DNA of 64,000 nt from an uncultured Acidobacteriota bacterium (GCA_963764715.1 CAVXTP010000010.1:64001-128000), one strand, 5' to 3'. Positions 30,720 through 41,214 are shown, numbered from the stretch's first letter. The notes: generated by a model from the letters alone, not told the origin. Numbers and translations are program-made.

Positions 30720-31743
30720 GCCCGCGCCTTTCGGCGATCGTCGTCAACCACCGCAGCGCCGCCGAGGCGGCCGCGTGCGTCGCCTCGCTCCGCGAGGCCT
30801 TCCGGCGCGAGTCGATCGCGGGCGAGATCGTCCTCGTCGACTGCGCCTCGGGGCCCGACGAGGTCCGCGCGCTCGGGGCGCTGCCGGCGGACGCGCGCGT
30901 CTTCCTCGAGGACAATCGCGGCTATTCCGGGGGCGTCAACGCGGGCCTCGCGCGGGCCGGCTCCGACCGGCTCCTCCTCTGCAACGCCGACGTCGTCTTC
31001 GGCGACGGCGCGCTGACGGCGCTCCTCGCCGCGATCGAGGACGCCGCGGCGTCGGCGCGGCGGCGCCGCTCTGCCTCTGGGACGCCGGCGGCCGGCTGCG
31101 TCTCCCGGCCGAGTCGGGCCCGACGTTCTTCGGCGAGCTCGGCGTGGCGGCCCTTTCCCGCCTTCGCCCGCCGGACGCTCCGCCTCTGGAAGGAGGGCGG
31201 CGACGCGCGGCATCTCGTCGGGCGCCGTGCTCGCCGCCCGCCGCGACGTCTTCGACCGTGTCGGCCGCTTCGACGAGCGGTTCCCGTTCGAGTACGAGGA
31301 GTCCGAGTGGGAGGACCGCGTCCGCGCCGCCGGCCTCGGCCTGCGCTTCGTTCCGCGCGCGCGGGTGCGCCATCTCTTCGCCCGGAGCGCCGCGCGCAAT
31401 CCCGAGACCGAGCGCCGCCGCGCGGTCTCGCGCCGGCTCTATCGCGAGCGCCGCTGGGGCGCGCGCGGGGCGCTGGCTCATCGAGCGGCGCGCCGCCCGG
31501 CCGCGGCCGGCCCGACGGGTTCCCGACGGATCGCCGAGCCGGCGCTCGCCGCGCGGGCCGGCGCCTGGGTCGCCGTCTCGACGAACCCGTCGTTCGTTCC
31601 CTTCGCCGGCGCGCCGCTCGACCGGGACTTCCGGCTGCCGCGCGGAGGTCCTCGAGTCGCTTGCGCCGGGGCGCGTGTACCTGCGCGCCTTCCGGGAGGC
31701 GGACGGCCGGCCGCTCGAGACCTTCGTCTGGGAGAAGCCGTGA
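30716..31743 (+). CDS. GT2 glycosyltransferase (frameshifted)
   Basis: SAIVVNH, VDCAS, NRGYSGGVNAG, LCNAD, VGRFDERF..YEE. Confidence 0.82.
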
Positions 31744-32702
31744 GCGCCTTCGAGGTCCGCGACGCGACCGCGGCGGACGCGCCCGGCATCCGGCGCCTCT
31801 TCGAGAGGGTGTTCGGCTCGGCGCTCTCGGAAGAGGAGTGGCGCTGGAAGTTCGAGCGGAACCCCGACGGGTGGTACGGCGTCGTCGGCGTGGTCGGCGG
31901 GCGAGATCGTCGGCCACTATGCCGGCTGGGGCACGCGCTTCCTGCTCGACGGGGAGGAGCGCCTGCTCTATTCCGTCGGCGACGTCGCGACGGATCCGGC
32001 GGTGCGCGGCCTCGGCCGGCGCGGCGTCTACCGCGCGATGACCGACGCGTTCTACGAGACCGGGTCGGCGCCGACGGCGTTCCCTTCTGCTACGGGTTTC
32101 CGAACCCGCGGGCGCTGAAGGTCTCCGAGCGGATCGTCGGGCTCGCGCACGCTCTTTCCGGTGCGCCTCGTGCGGACGCCGACGTCGAGGCGTTTCCGGC
32201 GCCGCCGCCCGGACGCCGGCTGCCGGCGAGTTCGTCGACGAGTCCTTCGATCCGCTCTGGGAGGCCGCGCGCCGCGTTCTCGCGCACGCCGCCGTCCGCG
32301 ACCGCGCGCGCGTCAACTGGCGGTTCCACGCGCGGCCCACGCGCTAGTACCGGATGGTCTGGCGCAGGCAGGCGGGCGAGATGCTCGCGCTGGGCCGCGC
32401 TCTCGGCCGTCGCCGACGGAACGGCGACCGTCGTCGATTACGTCGGCCGCGAGCCGGACGGACGCGACCTGCCGCCGCTCTTCGCCGCCGCCGCGGCCGA
32501 GGCACGCGCGCTCGGCGCGAGGAGCCTCGCGTTCTGGGAGACGCCCGGCGGCCCCGGCCGCGACGGCCGATCGCGGAGCTCCCCGGCGAGCGGCTGCGAC
32601 GCGGGCTTTCCGATCGATCGCGCGCGTCTTCGACGAGGAGCGCGGCGCGCCGCTTCGCCGGCGCACGTGAGCCTCGTGCCGTCGCTCTACGACCTCGTCT
32701 GA
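31740..32702 (+). CDS. GNAT-family acyltransferase (frameshifted, one internal stop)
   Basis: VRDATAAD..GIRRLF, WRWKF..NP.G, IVGHYA, DVATDPAVRGLG, YGFPN, NWRF..RP. Confidence 0.75.
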   Translation: MSAFEVRDATAADAPGIRRLFERVFGSALSEEEWRWKFERNPDGWYGVVGVVGGRDRRPLCRLGHALPARRGGAPALFRRRRRDGSGGARPRPARRLPRDDRRVLRDRVGADGVPFCYGFPNPRALKVSERIVGLAHALSGAPRADADVEAFPAPPPGRRLPASSSTSPSIRSGRPRAAFSRTPPSATARASTGGSTRGPRASTGWSGAGRRARCSRWAALSAVADGTATVVDYVGREPDGRDLPPLFAAAAAEARALGARSLAFWETPGGPGRDGRSRSSPASGCDAGFPIDRARLRRGARRAASPAHVSLVPSLYDLV

Positions 32703-32757
32703 GCGCGGGCGACGGCTGGCGCTCCCCGGTGCGCGAGGCTAAACTGCGGTCACCCGC

Positions 32758-34611
32758 ATGCCGCGTGAAGACGCCCTGATCCCCTACCAGGCGACGGAGC
32801 TGACCGGGGCGAGGATCCTCGTCCTGGCCGCGCATCCGGACGACGAGTCCTTCGGCGCCGGGGGCGTCCTCGCGTGGAACGCCGGGAAGGCCGAGGCGAT
32901 CCGCGTCTGGATCGCGACCGACGGCACGGCGCAGGAAGGCGTCGCGCCGGAGAGCGCGCGCGAGCTACGCGGCGCGGCGCCGGGAGGAGGCGGTCAACGC
33001 GGCGGCCGCGCTCGGTCTCGAGGAGCCGCGCTTCGCGGGCCTGCCGGATCGGGGCCTCGCGGAGCAGCGCGGCGTCCTCGAGGCCGCGGTCCGCGAGGAG
33101 CTCCTCGACTTCCGGCCCGACCTCGTCCTCTGCCCGTCGCCGGCCGAGATCCACCCGGACCACCGCGCCCTCGCCCGCGCCCTCTTCGAGCAGGTCGCCG
33201 TCCTCGCGCGCCGGCGACCCCGACCACGACTCCTTCCGGTACCTCCGGATCGCCTTCTACGAGCTCTCGCATCCGATGCTTCCCAACGTGCTCGTCGACG
33301 TCGCGTCGGTCGCCGACCGCAAGGACGCCGCGCTCGCGGCCTACGCGTCGCAGCAGGCGGTCCGCGACTACGCCGGCGCGATCCGCGGCCTGAACGCCTA
33401 TCGCCGGATCACGCTCTCCGGCCGCGGCCCGGTCGAGGCCTTCCGCGTGCTGACGTACGCCGACGCCTCGACGACGTCGTTCGAGGAGCTGCGGCGCGCG
33501 ATCGGGCCGTCGCTCGTCACGGACGGAGGGCGCGGGCCGGCGCCGGTCGCCGTCGTGATCCGCACGCGCAACCGCCCGGCCCTCCTGCGGGAGGCGCTCG
33601 AGAGCCTCCGGGCCCAGACCGCCCGGCCGAGGCAGGTCGTCGTCGTCAACGACGGCGGGGCCTCGCCGCGCGAGGTCACCGACGCCTTCCGCGACGCCTT
33701 CGACGTCCTGCTCGAGGAGCCGCGCCAGCGCCGCGGCCGGTCGGCGGCGGCCAATCGCGGCGTCGCGGTCGCGAGCCAGGAGCTCGTGGCGTTCCTCGAC
33801 GACGACGACCGCTGCTTTCCCGACCACCTCGAGCGCCTCGCGGCGGGCCAGCGCCAGGGCCCCGAGCCGGCGGTCTACTCCGACGCCGTCACGATCGTCT
33901 ACGGCCAGGGCGAGAGCGGCTGGGAGCCGCGCGTGCGGACGCTGCAGTACTCGCTCGACTTCGATCCGGACTACCTGCTCTACGCCAACTACATCCCGAT
34001 CCACACGCTGCTCCTGCCGCGGGAGCTCTTCACGAAGGTCGGCGGCTTCGACGAGGGCCTCGACTACTCCGAGGACTGGGACTTCCTGATCCGGCTCGCG
34101 GCCGAGACGCCGTTCCGGCACCTGCGCGCGGTGACCTGCGAGTACCGGGTGTTCGAGGCCTCCGCCAACGATCCCGGCCACGTCGCCGCCGGCGCGGGCG
34201 CCTTCCAGGACGCGCGGCGCAAGATCTTCGAGCGGTACGCGGCGCGGCGCACGGACGCGGGCCTCGGCGCGGGTGCTCGACCGGATGCGCGCCCAGGTCG
34301 CCTTCTGGTACGACCGCGACGGCATCTCGCAGGGCGAGCTGCGCTACCTGCGCGAGGGCCACCGCCGCCTGACCGAGTCGCTCGGCCGCTCGGAGCGGGA
34401 GCGCCAGAGCGAGCGCGCGCGGCTGACGGCCGAGAACGAGCTCCTCCACGCGCGGCTGGCGGAGGTCTTCGCCAAGAACGAGGAGTACGACGGGCTCGTC
34501 CTCGCGTCGCACGTCGAGATCGAGCGGCTCAACAGCCTCCTCAACCAGATCTACGCCTCGAGGACCTGGAAGCTGCACCTCTTTCTCGACCGGCTGCGGG
34601 GGAGACGTTGA
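32758..34611 (+). CDS. PIG-L/LmbE deacetylase fused to GT2 with coiled-coil tail (frameshifted)
   Basis: AHPDDE, HPDH, KDAALAAYASQ; then IRTRNRP, VVNDGG, FLDDDD, GGFDEGL..EDWD; tail SRTWKL. Confidence 0.85.
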
Positions 34612-34641
34612 GGGGCGGCCGCACCGCGCGTCCTTGAGCGC

Positions 34642-35881
34642 TTGAAGACGGTCGTCGTCCTCGCCCCCGAGCCCATCCGGCCGCGCATGGCCGGCATGGG
34701 CATCCGCGCGCTCGAGCTCGCGCGGTCGCTGTCGGCGGCGGGCCTCGACGCGCGGCTTCTCGTGCCGAACGACGTCGGGGAGGCCCGCGAGGCCGCCGGG
34801 CGGTGTCGAGGTCGAGCCGCGGCGCCGGGCCGCCTCGCCGCCGCGGCGCGCGGGGCCGACGCCGCCGTCGTGTCGGGCCACGCCGCCAACTCCTGGTTCC
34901 ACGAGGTCCCGGAGCTGCCCTGCGCGGTCGATCTCTACGATCCCTTCCCGATCGAGAACCTCCACTACGCGAGGGAGCTCGGCGAGGCGACGGCGCGGCA
35001 CGACCACGCGACCCTCGAGCTGTCGCTGTCGCGCGGCGACTTCTTCCTCTGCGCCTCGGGCGAGCAGCGGCTCTTCTACGCGGGCGCGCTCTTTACGGCC
35101 GGGCGGATCGGCGCGTCGAACTTTCCGGAGGACCCGACGCTCGCGCGCCTGCTCGCGGTCGTGCCCTTCGGCGTGCCGACGGAGCCGGCCGCGGGCGACG
35201 GCGAGGCGGGACGGCGCGCGGTCGGCGCGGGCGGCCCGGGGCCCCTCGTCCTCTTCGGCGGCGTCTACGACTGGTACGACCCCGAGCTCCTGCTCGAGGC
35301 GTGGCCCGCGGTCCTCCGGCGCGAGCCCGCCGCGCGCCTGCTCTTCTTCGAGAACCCCAACCCCGCGACGACGCCGCAGGTCGTCTTTCGCGCGCGCCCG
35401 CGAGCGGGCCGCGCGCGATCGATCCCGGCGGGCCGCTCGATCCTCTTCTCGCCGTGGCTGCCCTACGCCGGGCGCGCCGACCTCTACGCCGGCTGCGACC
35501 TGCTCGTCTCGATCTCGTCGGAGGGGCTCGAGACGGAGCTCTCCTACCGGACGCGCCTGCTCGACGCGGCCTGGGGCGGCGTGCCGTCGGTGACGGTCGG
35601 CGGCGGCTCGCTCGCCCGCGAGCTCGTCGGCGGCGGGAGCGGCGATCGAGTGCGCCCGCGAGGCCGGGGCCCTGGCGGCCGCGGTCGAGGCCCTGCTCGC
35701 CGACGCTCCCCGCCTCGCGTCGATGTCGGACGCGGCGCGGGCGTTCGCGCGCGGCCGCGCGTGGCCGCGCGTGGCGGAGCCCCTGGCCGCGTGGGTCCGC
35801 GAGGCCCGCGTGGATCCCGGACGGCGCCCGCTGCCGGCCTTGGCGCCCGGACGGTCGCGGTTCTGGAGGCTTTTTCGATGA
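34642..35881 (+). CDS. GT4-like glycosyltransferase (3' frameshift)
   Basis: MAGMGIRALEL, DLYDP, GDFFLCA..QR, GGVYDWYDP, ETELSYRTRLLD. Confidence 0.8.
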
Positions 35882-35905
35882 GGGCGGCATTCGCGCCGGG
35901 TCAGA

Positions 35906-35956
35906 GTAGGGGCGGGGCTCGTCCCCGCCCAGGGCGGCCACAAGGGCCGCCACTAC
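35906..35956. repeat. GTAG-family REP doublet (REPIN)
   Basis: GTAGGGGCGGGG-ctcgt-CCCCGCCC followed by GGGCGGCCACAAGGGCCGCCACTAC. Confidence 0.8.
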
Positions 35957-35985
35957 GACCGCGGGGCTGCTAGTCTTCCGCGGTC

Positions 35986-37186
35986 GTGCCGATACCGGAA
36001 GCCTCGATCGTCGTCGTCCATCACCGCGGGCTGGAGCACCTGCTCGAGTCCCTCGCGGCGCTGGACGCGGCCACGCGGGAGGGCCTGACGGCCGAGATCC
36101 TCCTCGTCGACAACGCCTCCGGCACCCCTCAGGACGAGGTCCTGCGGCGGCATCCGGCGGTCCGGCGGATCCCGTCGGCGGTCAACGTGGGCTTCGCGTC
36201 CGGTTGCCGGCTCGGCGTCGAGGCCGCCCGGGCGCCCCGTCGTGCTGTTCGTCAACGACGACGCCGTCGTCCGGCCGGACGCGCCGCGGCTCCTCGTCGC
36301 GGCCCTCGCGGCCGCCGACGAGGACGTCGTCGCGGTGGGCGGGCGGATGACGGACCGCACCGGCCGGCGCAACGACTTCTCCGACGGCTTCCTGACGTTC
36401 GACGGGCACGCGTTCGCCGCCCACGTCGGGCGCGCGGTCGAGTCGCTGCCGCCGGCCGAGCCGGGGGAGGAGCGGCTCTTCGCCTCGGGCGGGCTGATGG
36501 CGGTCCGCCGGGCGGACTTCCTCGCCTCGGGCGGCTTCGACGACGACTACTTCGCGTACCTCGAGGACGTGGACTTCGGCTGGCGGCAGTGGATCGCGGG
36601 GCGGCGCATCTTGGCCGAGCCCCGGGCGTGGGCGCTCCACCGCGGCGGGGCGACGGGCGAGGCGCTCGGGGTCTTCTCGCGCGGATTCCTCTTCGAGAAG
36701 AACGCCTTCGCCACGGCCTACAAGAACTTCGACGCGGAGCACTTCCGCGACCTCATGCCGGCGGTGCTCATGGCGTTCCTGACGCGGGTCGCCCAGATGC
36801 TCGCGGCGAGGAATCCCGGCGCGGCCGAGCTCCGCCGCGATCCCTACGCCGCGTCGTCGCGGCGGGGGCCGGCGCTCCGCGCGCTCTTCGGGATCTCCGA
36901 GGATTTCGCGGCGCGCGTCCGCGTCGATGATCCGCTGACCGTCGCGCAGCTGCGCGCGCTGTCCTGGATCCACGCGCACCACGCGGCCCTCGCCGAGAAG
37001 CGGCGGGCGGTGCAGGCCGCGCGCCGGCGCCCGGACGCCGAGATCTTCGCGAAGTTCCCGCTCCGCATCGTGCCGACGTACCCGGGCGACGAGCGCTTCG
37101 GCTCGGATTTCTTCGCGCCGTTCCTCCGGACCGCGCCCGGGCTCGTGCGGATGACGCTCGAGGAGATCTTCGAGGGCCGCGCATGA
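35986..37186 (+). CDS. GT2 glycosyltransferase (one frameshift near 36235)
   Basis: LVDNAS, NVGFASGC, FVNDDA, GGFDDDYFAYLEDVDFGWR. Confidence 0.85.
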
Positions 37187-38106
37187 CGTTCTCGATCGTC
37201 ATCCCGACCTACCGGCGCCCCGAGACGCTGTTCCCCGTGCTCGACGCCCTCGCGCGCCAGACGGGCCCGCCGGAGTTCGAGGTGGTCGTCGTCGACGACG
37301 GGTCCGGCGACGACACGCCCCGGCGCCTGGCCGAGTACCGGCCGCCGTACGCGTTCCGGTTCTTTTCCCAGGAGAACGGCGGGCCGGCCTCCGCGCGCAA
37401 CCGGGGCGTGCGCGAGGCGCGGGGCCGCGTGGTCCTGTTCCTCGGCGACGACACGGTGCCGGAGCCGGCCCTGCTCTCGGTCCACGCGCGCACCCACGCG
37501 GAGACGCGGCCGTATCCGATCGCCGTGCTCGGCTACACCACGTGGCCGCGGGACCTCCGCGTGTCGCCGTTTCTCCACCACATCAACGAGTACGGCCTCC
37601 AGTTCGGCTACGGCCTCATCCGGGACCCGGAGCAGGTGCCCTTCAATTTCTTCTACACCTCGAACGTCTCGCTGCCGCGGGCGCTCCTGCTCGAGGCAGG
37701 CCTCTTCGACACGAGCTTCCCGCACGCCGCATGGGAGGACATCGAGGTGGCCTACCGCCTGATGCAGCGCGGCATGCGGATGCTCTACCGGCCCGAAGCC
37801 GTCGCGCGCCACCACCACGACATCACGTTCGCGTCCTTCCGCCGCCGGCAGGAGAAGGCCGGCGAAGCGGCGGCGATCTTCTACCGCAAGCATCCCGAGC
37901 TCGGCGATTTCCTGGCGGTTCCGCAGGCGCGCCTGCTCACCAGGAGCCGCACGTTCGCCGAACGCCTCCTGCCCCGCTGGGCGGCGCTCGCCGAGAAGCG
38001 CGCGCTGCCCGGCACCCGCCGCGCGCTCGATCGCGTCCTCCGCGACGACTACCTGCGCGGCTTGAAGCGCGGTCTCGAGTCGGCCGGGGAGATCTCTCCC
38101 GGGTGA
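37183..38106 (+). CDS. GT2 glycosyltransferase
   Basis: SIVIPTY, VVDDGSGD, GPASARN.G, FLGDD, WEDIE..YRL. Confidence 0.92.
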   Translation: MTFSIVIPTYRRPETLFPVLDALARQTGPPEFEVVVVDDGSGDDTPRRLAEYRPPYAFRFFSQENGGPASARNRGVREARGRVVLFLGDDTVPEPALLSVHARTHAETRPYPIAVLGYTTWPRDLRVSPFLHHINEYGLQFGYGLIRDPEQVPFNFFYTSNVSLPRALLLEAGLFDTSFPHAAWEDIEVAYRLMQRGMRMLYRPEAVARHHHDITFASFRRRQEKAGEAAAIFYRKHPELGDFLAVPQARLLTRSRTFAERLLPRWAALAEKRALPGTRRALDRVLRDDYLRGLKRGLESAGEISPG

Positions 38107-38250
38107 CGCACTGACCTTCCGCGAGGTCAAACGGCCCTGCGTGCCGGCGCGACTGTCCTCCGTAAGCCTCATTTTTTCTTCAACTTGCGTGGGTGATTTT
38201 CATCATGCGCGTGGCTCCGTTTTTGCTCTAATAACAATCGGAGGATCGTC

Positions 38251-39402
38251 ATGAAAGCGCTCACGCGGCTCGCGGTCGTCGTCACGGCCCTGTCGCTTGT
38301 CTCGTCGCCCATCGTTCTCGCCCAGGGTCATCGGGGACCTTCGGGCGGAGGCGGGTCCAGAGGTGGAAGCCAGGCCGGCCCGCGGGGCGGGTACTCGGGT
38401 GGTCCGCGCGGCGGTGGTCCGCGCGGCGGAACACAAGTCGGGCCGCGAGGCGGGTACCACGGCGGCGGCGGTTATCACGGCGGCGGCGGGTATCACGGCG
38501 GATACCACGGCGGATATCGCGGTGGGTATCACGGCGGCTACTACGGCGGCCGGGGTTATGGCTGGGGTTGGGGCTGGGGTGGCTATTGGGGCTTCTCCCC
38601 GTGGTGGGGATGGGGCGGGTATTACGCCGGTTATCCCTACGGCTACGGCTGGGGATATCCGTACTACTACGGCGGCGTTCCCGGAGGCTACGTCTCGATG
38701 AACACCTCGCCCGGAACGTGGGCCGCGGTCAAGACCGATGTCTCCCCCGAGGAGGCGCGGATCTTTCTGGACGGCCGTTATATCGGCACGGCCGACGACT
38801 TCGACGGATTCCCGGACATGCTCTATCTCGAGGCGAAGGGGCACTACCAGCTCGAGTTCCGCCTCGACGGGTTCGAGTCGCAGACGGTCGACGTCGACGC
38901 GCAGCCCGGCGCGTTCTTCAAGCTCGACAACAAGCTGAAGAAGATTCCGGGCGCCAAGCAGTACGGCTCGTACGACACGCCCGAGCCCGAGGGCGGGATC
39001 CAGCGCTTCTTCGGACACCCGAGGGGCACGACGTCGGGAGCCGTGAGTATGGAGTCGCCCGACCAGACGGGGGCCCAGCCGACCGACCCGTGGCGGGTCG
39101 CTCCGTCCGAAGGGACGCCCGCCCCCAACGCGGCCCCGGCGCCCCAGGCCGGCGCCGCGCCCGCGCCGGCGACGCGCGGACGGATCGTGTTCCGCATCCA
39201 GCCGGGCGACGCCGCGGTCTACCTGGACGATCGATTCGCGGGCACCGGGGAGGAATTGTCGACCCTGGCGCGCGGTCTCTCGGTCTCCCCGGGCCCGCAC
39301 CGGATCGTGGTCTCGAGGCCGGGGTTCTCCGCCGACGCCAGCATGGTGGACGTCGCGCCGGGATCGACGGAGAAAGTGGAGATCAGCCTGGAGAAGCCGT
39401 GA
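38251..39402 (+). CDS. secreted PEGA-domain protein with Gly/Tyr/His-rich low-complexity region
   Basis: Signal peptide, GPRGG and GGYH repeats, two PEGA-like units (P..A.IFLDG.YIG; P.DAAVYLDD.F.G). Confidence 0.85.
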   Translation: MKALTRLAVVVTALSLVSSPIVLAQGHRGPSGGGGSRGGSQAGPRGGYSGGPRGGGPRGGTQVGPRGGYHGGGGYHGGGGYHGGYHGGYRGGYHGGYYGGRGYGWGWGWGGYWGFSPWWGWGGYYAGYPYGYGWGYPYYYGGVPGGYVSMNTSPGTWAAVKTDVSPEEARIFLDGRYIGTADDFDGFPDMLYLEAKGHYQLEFRLDGFESQTVDVDAQPGAFFKLDNKLKKIPGAKQYGSYDTPEPEGGIQRFFGHPRGTTSGAVSMESPDQTGAQPTDPWRVAPSEGTPAPNAAPAPQAGAAPAPATRGRIVFRIQPGDAAVYLDDRFAGTGEELSTLARGLSVSPGPHRIVVSRPGFSADASMVDVAPGSTEKVEISLEKP

Positions 39403-39465
39403 CCGGGAGGGCGGGTTCGAAAGCCGACTTGTGCCCGAATGGGCGATTGGACATATACTGAGGGC

Positions 39466-39624
39466 ACTCGAAGGAATCGATTAGGGGAGCGGAGGGCTTG
39501 GCGGCGTCTGCCATCCTAGTTTGCCACACCTTCCGTCAGTCTGATAGCTCCCAGGTCCGCACTCTTCCCGATCCTTCCGAGCCCGCTGGGCCGGAGGCTC
39601 CCCGTCGTTCCTTCGAGTTTTTTT
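39466..39624 (+). ncRNA. candidate structured small RNA (rod-like, 5'/3' ends paired; family unassigned)
   Basis: TATACT at 39454-39459 places +1 near A39466; perfect 11-bp closing stem, two further nested stems, then a T7 run. Confidence 0.6.
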
Positions 39625-40591
39625 ACTTTTCGGCCGGTCGTCCGGATCGTCCGCGTCCCCACAGCCCGAGCAGCACTTTTTCGTAGTGCAGCCGGCGGTT
39701 GCCGCGGCGGTTGTCCGCCGGGGGATCGGCGGCCATGACGGCGGCGTCGCGCAGGATTTCCGGTCCCGTGCGGCGGGCGATCTCGGCGAGCTGGCCCGCC
39801 ACGGCGGCGTGACGCAGGCCCTGCGACTGCGGGGCTTCGGCCGCGAGCGCCGCGTCGGCGAGGATCTCGGCGAGGATGCGGCCGTCGCTCTTGTCGAGCG
39901 ACGCGACGGCCTCCGCGAGCAGGAGGAGCACCGCGGGACGACCGCGGCCCAGGCCTTCCTCGAGCGCGGCCACGACCAACTGGCGAAGCGTCCGGCCCTC
40001 GGCGAGCCGGGCGGCGGGGTCCTTCTCGCCGTCCTCGCGGGCGAAGAGGACGAGATCGCGCGCATCCGCCTCGGAGAAGCCGAGGCGCGTCCAGGCCGCA
40101 GCCCGCTCGGCCGCTCCCGGGGCGGGAAGGGCCGCGACCGTGCAGCGCGAGCGGATGGTCGGCAGGAGCGACTCCGGCCGGCTCGTCGCGAGGATCCACC
40201 GGAAACGCTCGCCGGGCTCCTCGAGCGCCTTGAGCAGCGCGTTGGCGCCTTCGAGGCCGAGCTCGGCGGCGCGCAGGATCCGCGCGACGCGGCGCGTCCC
40301 CTCGTAGGGGCGGCCGGCCCCGAACGCCAGGGCCTCGCGGACGCGGTCGACCTTGATCTGCAGGCCCTCGGGCTCGACGGTGAAGAGGTCGGGATGAATG
40401 CCCGCCTGGACGCGCCGGCAGCTCGAGCATTCGGCCTTCGGGTCGTCGCCGGGGCACAGGAGGCGCGCGGCGAGCCGGAGCGACTCGTCCGCGAGCCGCG
40501 CTTCCGAGGGGCCCGTCAGAAGCAGCGCGCCGGGGAAGCGCTCCGGGTCCGAGGCGAGGCGCGCGAGGGCGTCGGCGGTCGCGAGCGTCAT
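39623..40591 (-). CDS. holB: DNA polymerase III subunit delta'
   Basis: C..C.SC.R..HPDL, IKVDRVR, ANALLKALEEP, LLPTIRSRC; overlaps tmk. Confidence 0.88.
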   Translation of the reverse strand: MTLATADALARLASDPERFPGALLLTGPSEARLADESLRLAARLLCPGDDPKAECSSCRRVQAGIHPDLFTVEPEGLQIKVDRVREALAFGAGRPYEGTRRVARILRAAELGLEGANALLKALEEPGERFRWILATSRPESLLPTIRSRCTVAALPAPGAAERAAAWTRLGFSEADARDLVLFAREDGEKDPAARLAEGRTLRQLVVAALEEGLGRGRPAVLLLLAEAVASLDKSDGRILAEILADAALAAEAPQSQGLRHAAVAGQLAEIARRTGPEILRDAAVMAADPPADNRRGNRRLHYEKVLLGLWGRGRSGRPAEK

Positions 40592-41214
40592 CCGAGCGCG
40601 AGCCTCTCGGCGAGGATCCGCCAGGTCCGCTCGAAGACGTGCTCGGCGGGACCGTCGACGGCGACGACCGCGACCCGGGCGGGCTCGCGCCGGGCGATCG
40701 CGAGGAAGGCCTCGCGCACCCGTTCGTGGAGGGCGAGCTCCTCGGCCTCGAACCTCCCGGGAGATCCGGCGTCGCGCCGGCGCGCCCGCTCCAGGCCTTC
40801 CGACGGATCGCAGTCGTAGACGAGCGTCAGGTCCGGTGAGAGGCCCTCGCGCACCCGTGCGTCGACGGCCTCGATCCAGGCCGCGTCGAGCCCGCGCCCG
40901 GCCGACTGGTAGGCCTCCGTCGAGTCGCTGAAGCGGTCGCACAGCACGAGATGGCCGGCCGCGAGCGCCGGGCGGACCACGTCGCGGACGTGCTGGCGCC
41001 GCGCGGCTTCGATCAGGAGCCACTCCGATATCGGATCGAGGCTTCCATGCGCGGGGTCGACGAGGATCGCACGGATCTTCTCGCCGATCGGCGTTCCGCC
41101 GGGCTCCCGGGTGGTCGTGACGGCGCGGCCCCCGGCGCGCAGTCGCGCGGCCGCGAGGGCGAGCTGCGTCGACTTTCCGCAGCCCTCGACGCCTTCGAAC
41201 GTGACGAACGACAC
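40588..41214 (-). CDS. tmk: thymidylate kinase
   Basis: FVTFEGVEGCGKSTQ, TREPGGT, CDRFSDSTEAYQ. Confidence 0.96.
   Translation of the reverse strand: MSFVTFEGVEGCGKSTQLALAAARLRAGGRAVTTTREPGGTPIGEKIRAILVDPAHGSLDPISEWLLIEAARRQHVRDVVRPALAAGHLVLCDRFSDSTEAYQSAGRGLDAAWIEAVDARVREGLSPDLTLVYDCDPSEGLERARRRDAGSPGRFEAEELALHERVREAFLAIARREPARVAVVAVDGPAEHVFERTWRILAERLALG

Noticed and set aside
26860-36245. Programmed frameshifting or phase variation in the GT genes
   Set aside because: Indels are multiple per gene and not at long homopolymer or SSR tracts
39466-39624. tRNA, SRP, tmRNA or retron msr-msd identity for the RNA candidate
   Set aside because: No cloverleaf, SRP loop motif or tag ORF recognised, and no reverse transcriptase in the window
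40480-40540. Degenerate Walker A in HolB
   Set aside because: delta' is normally an inactive ATPase homologue
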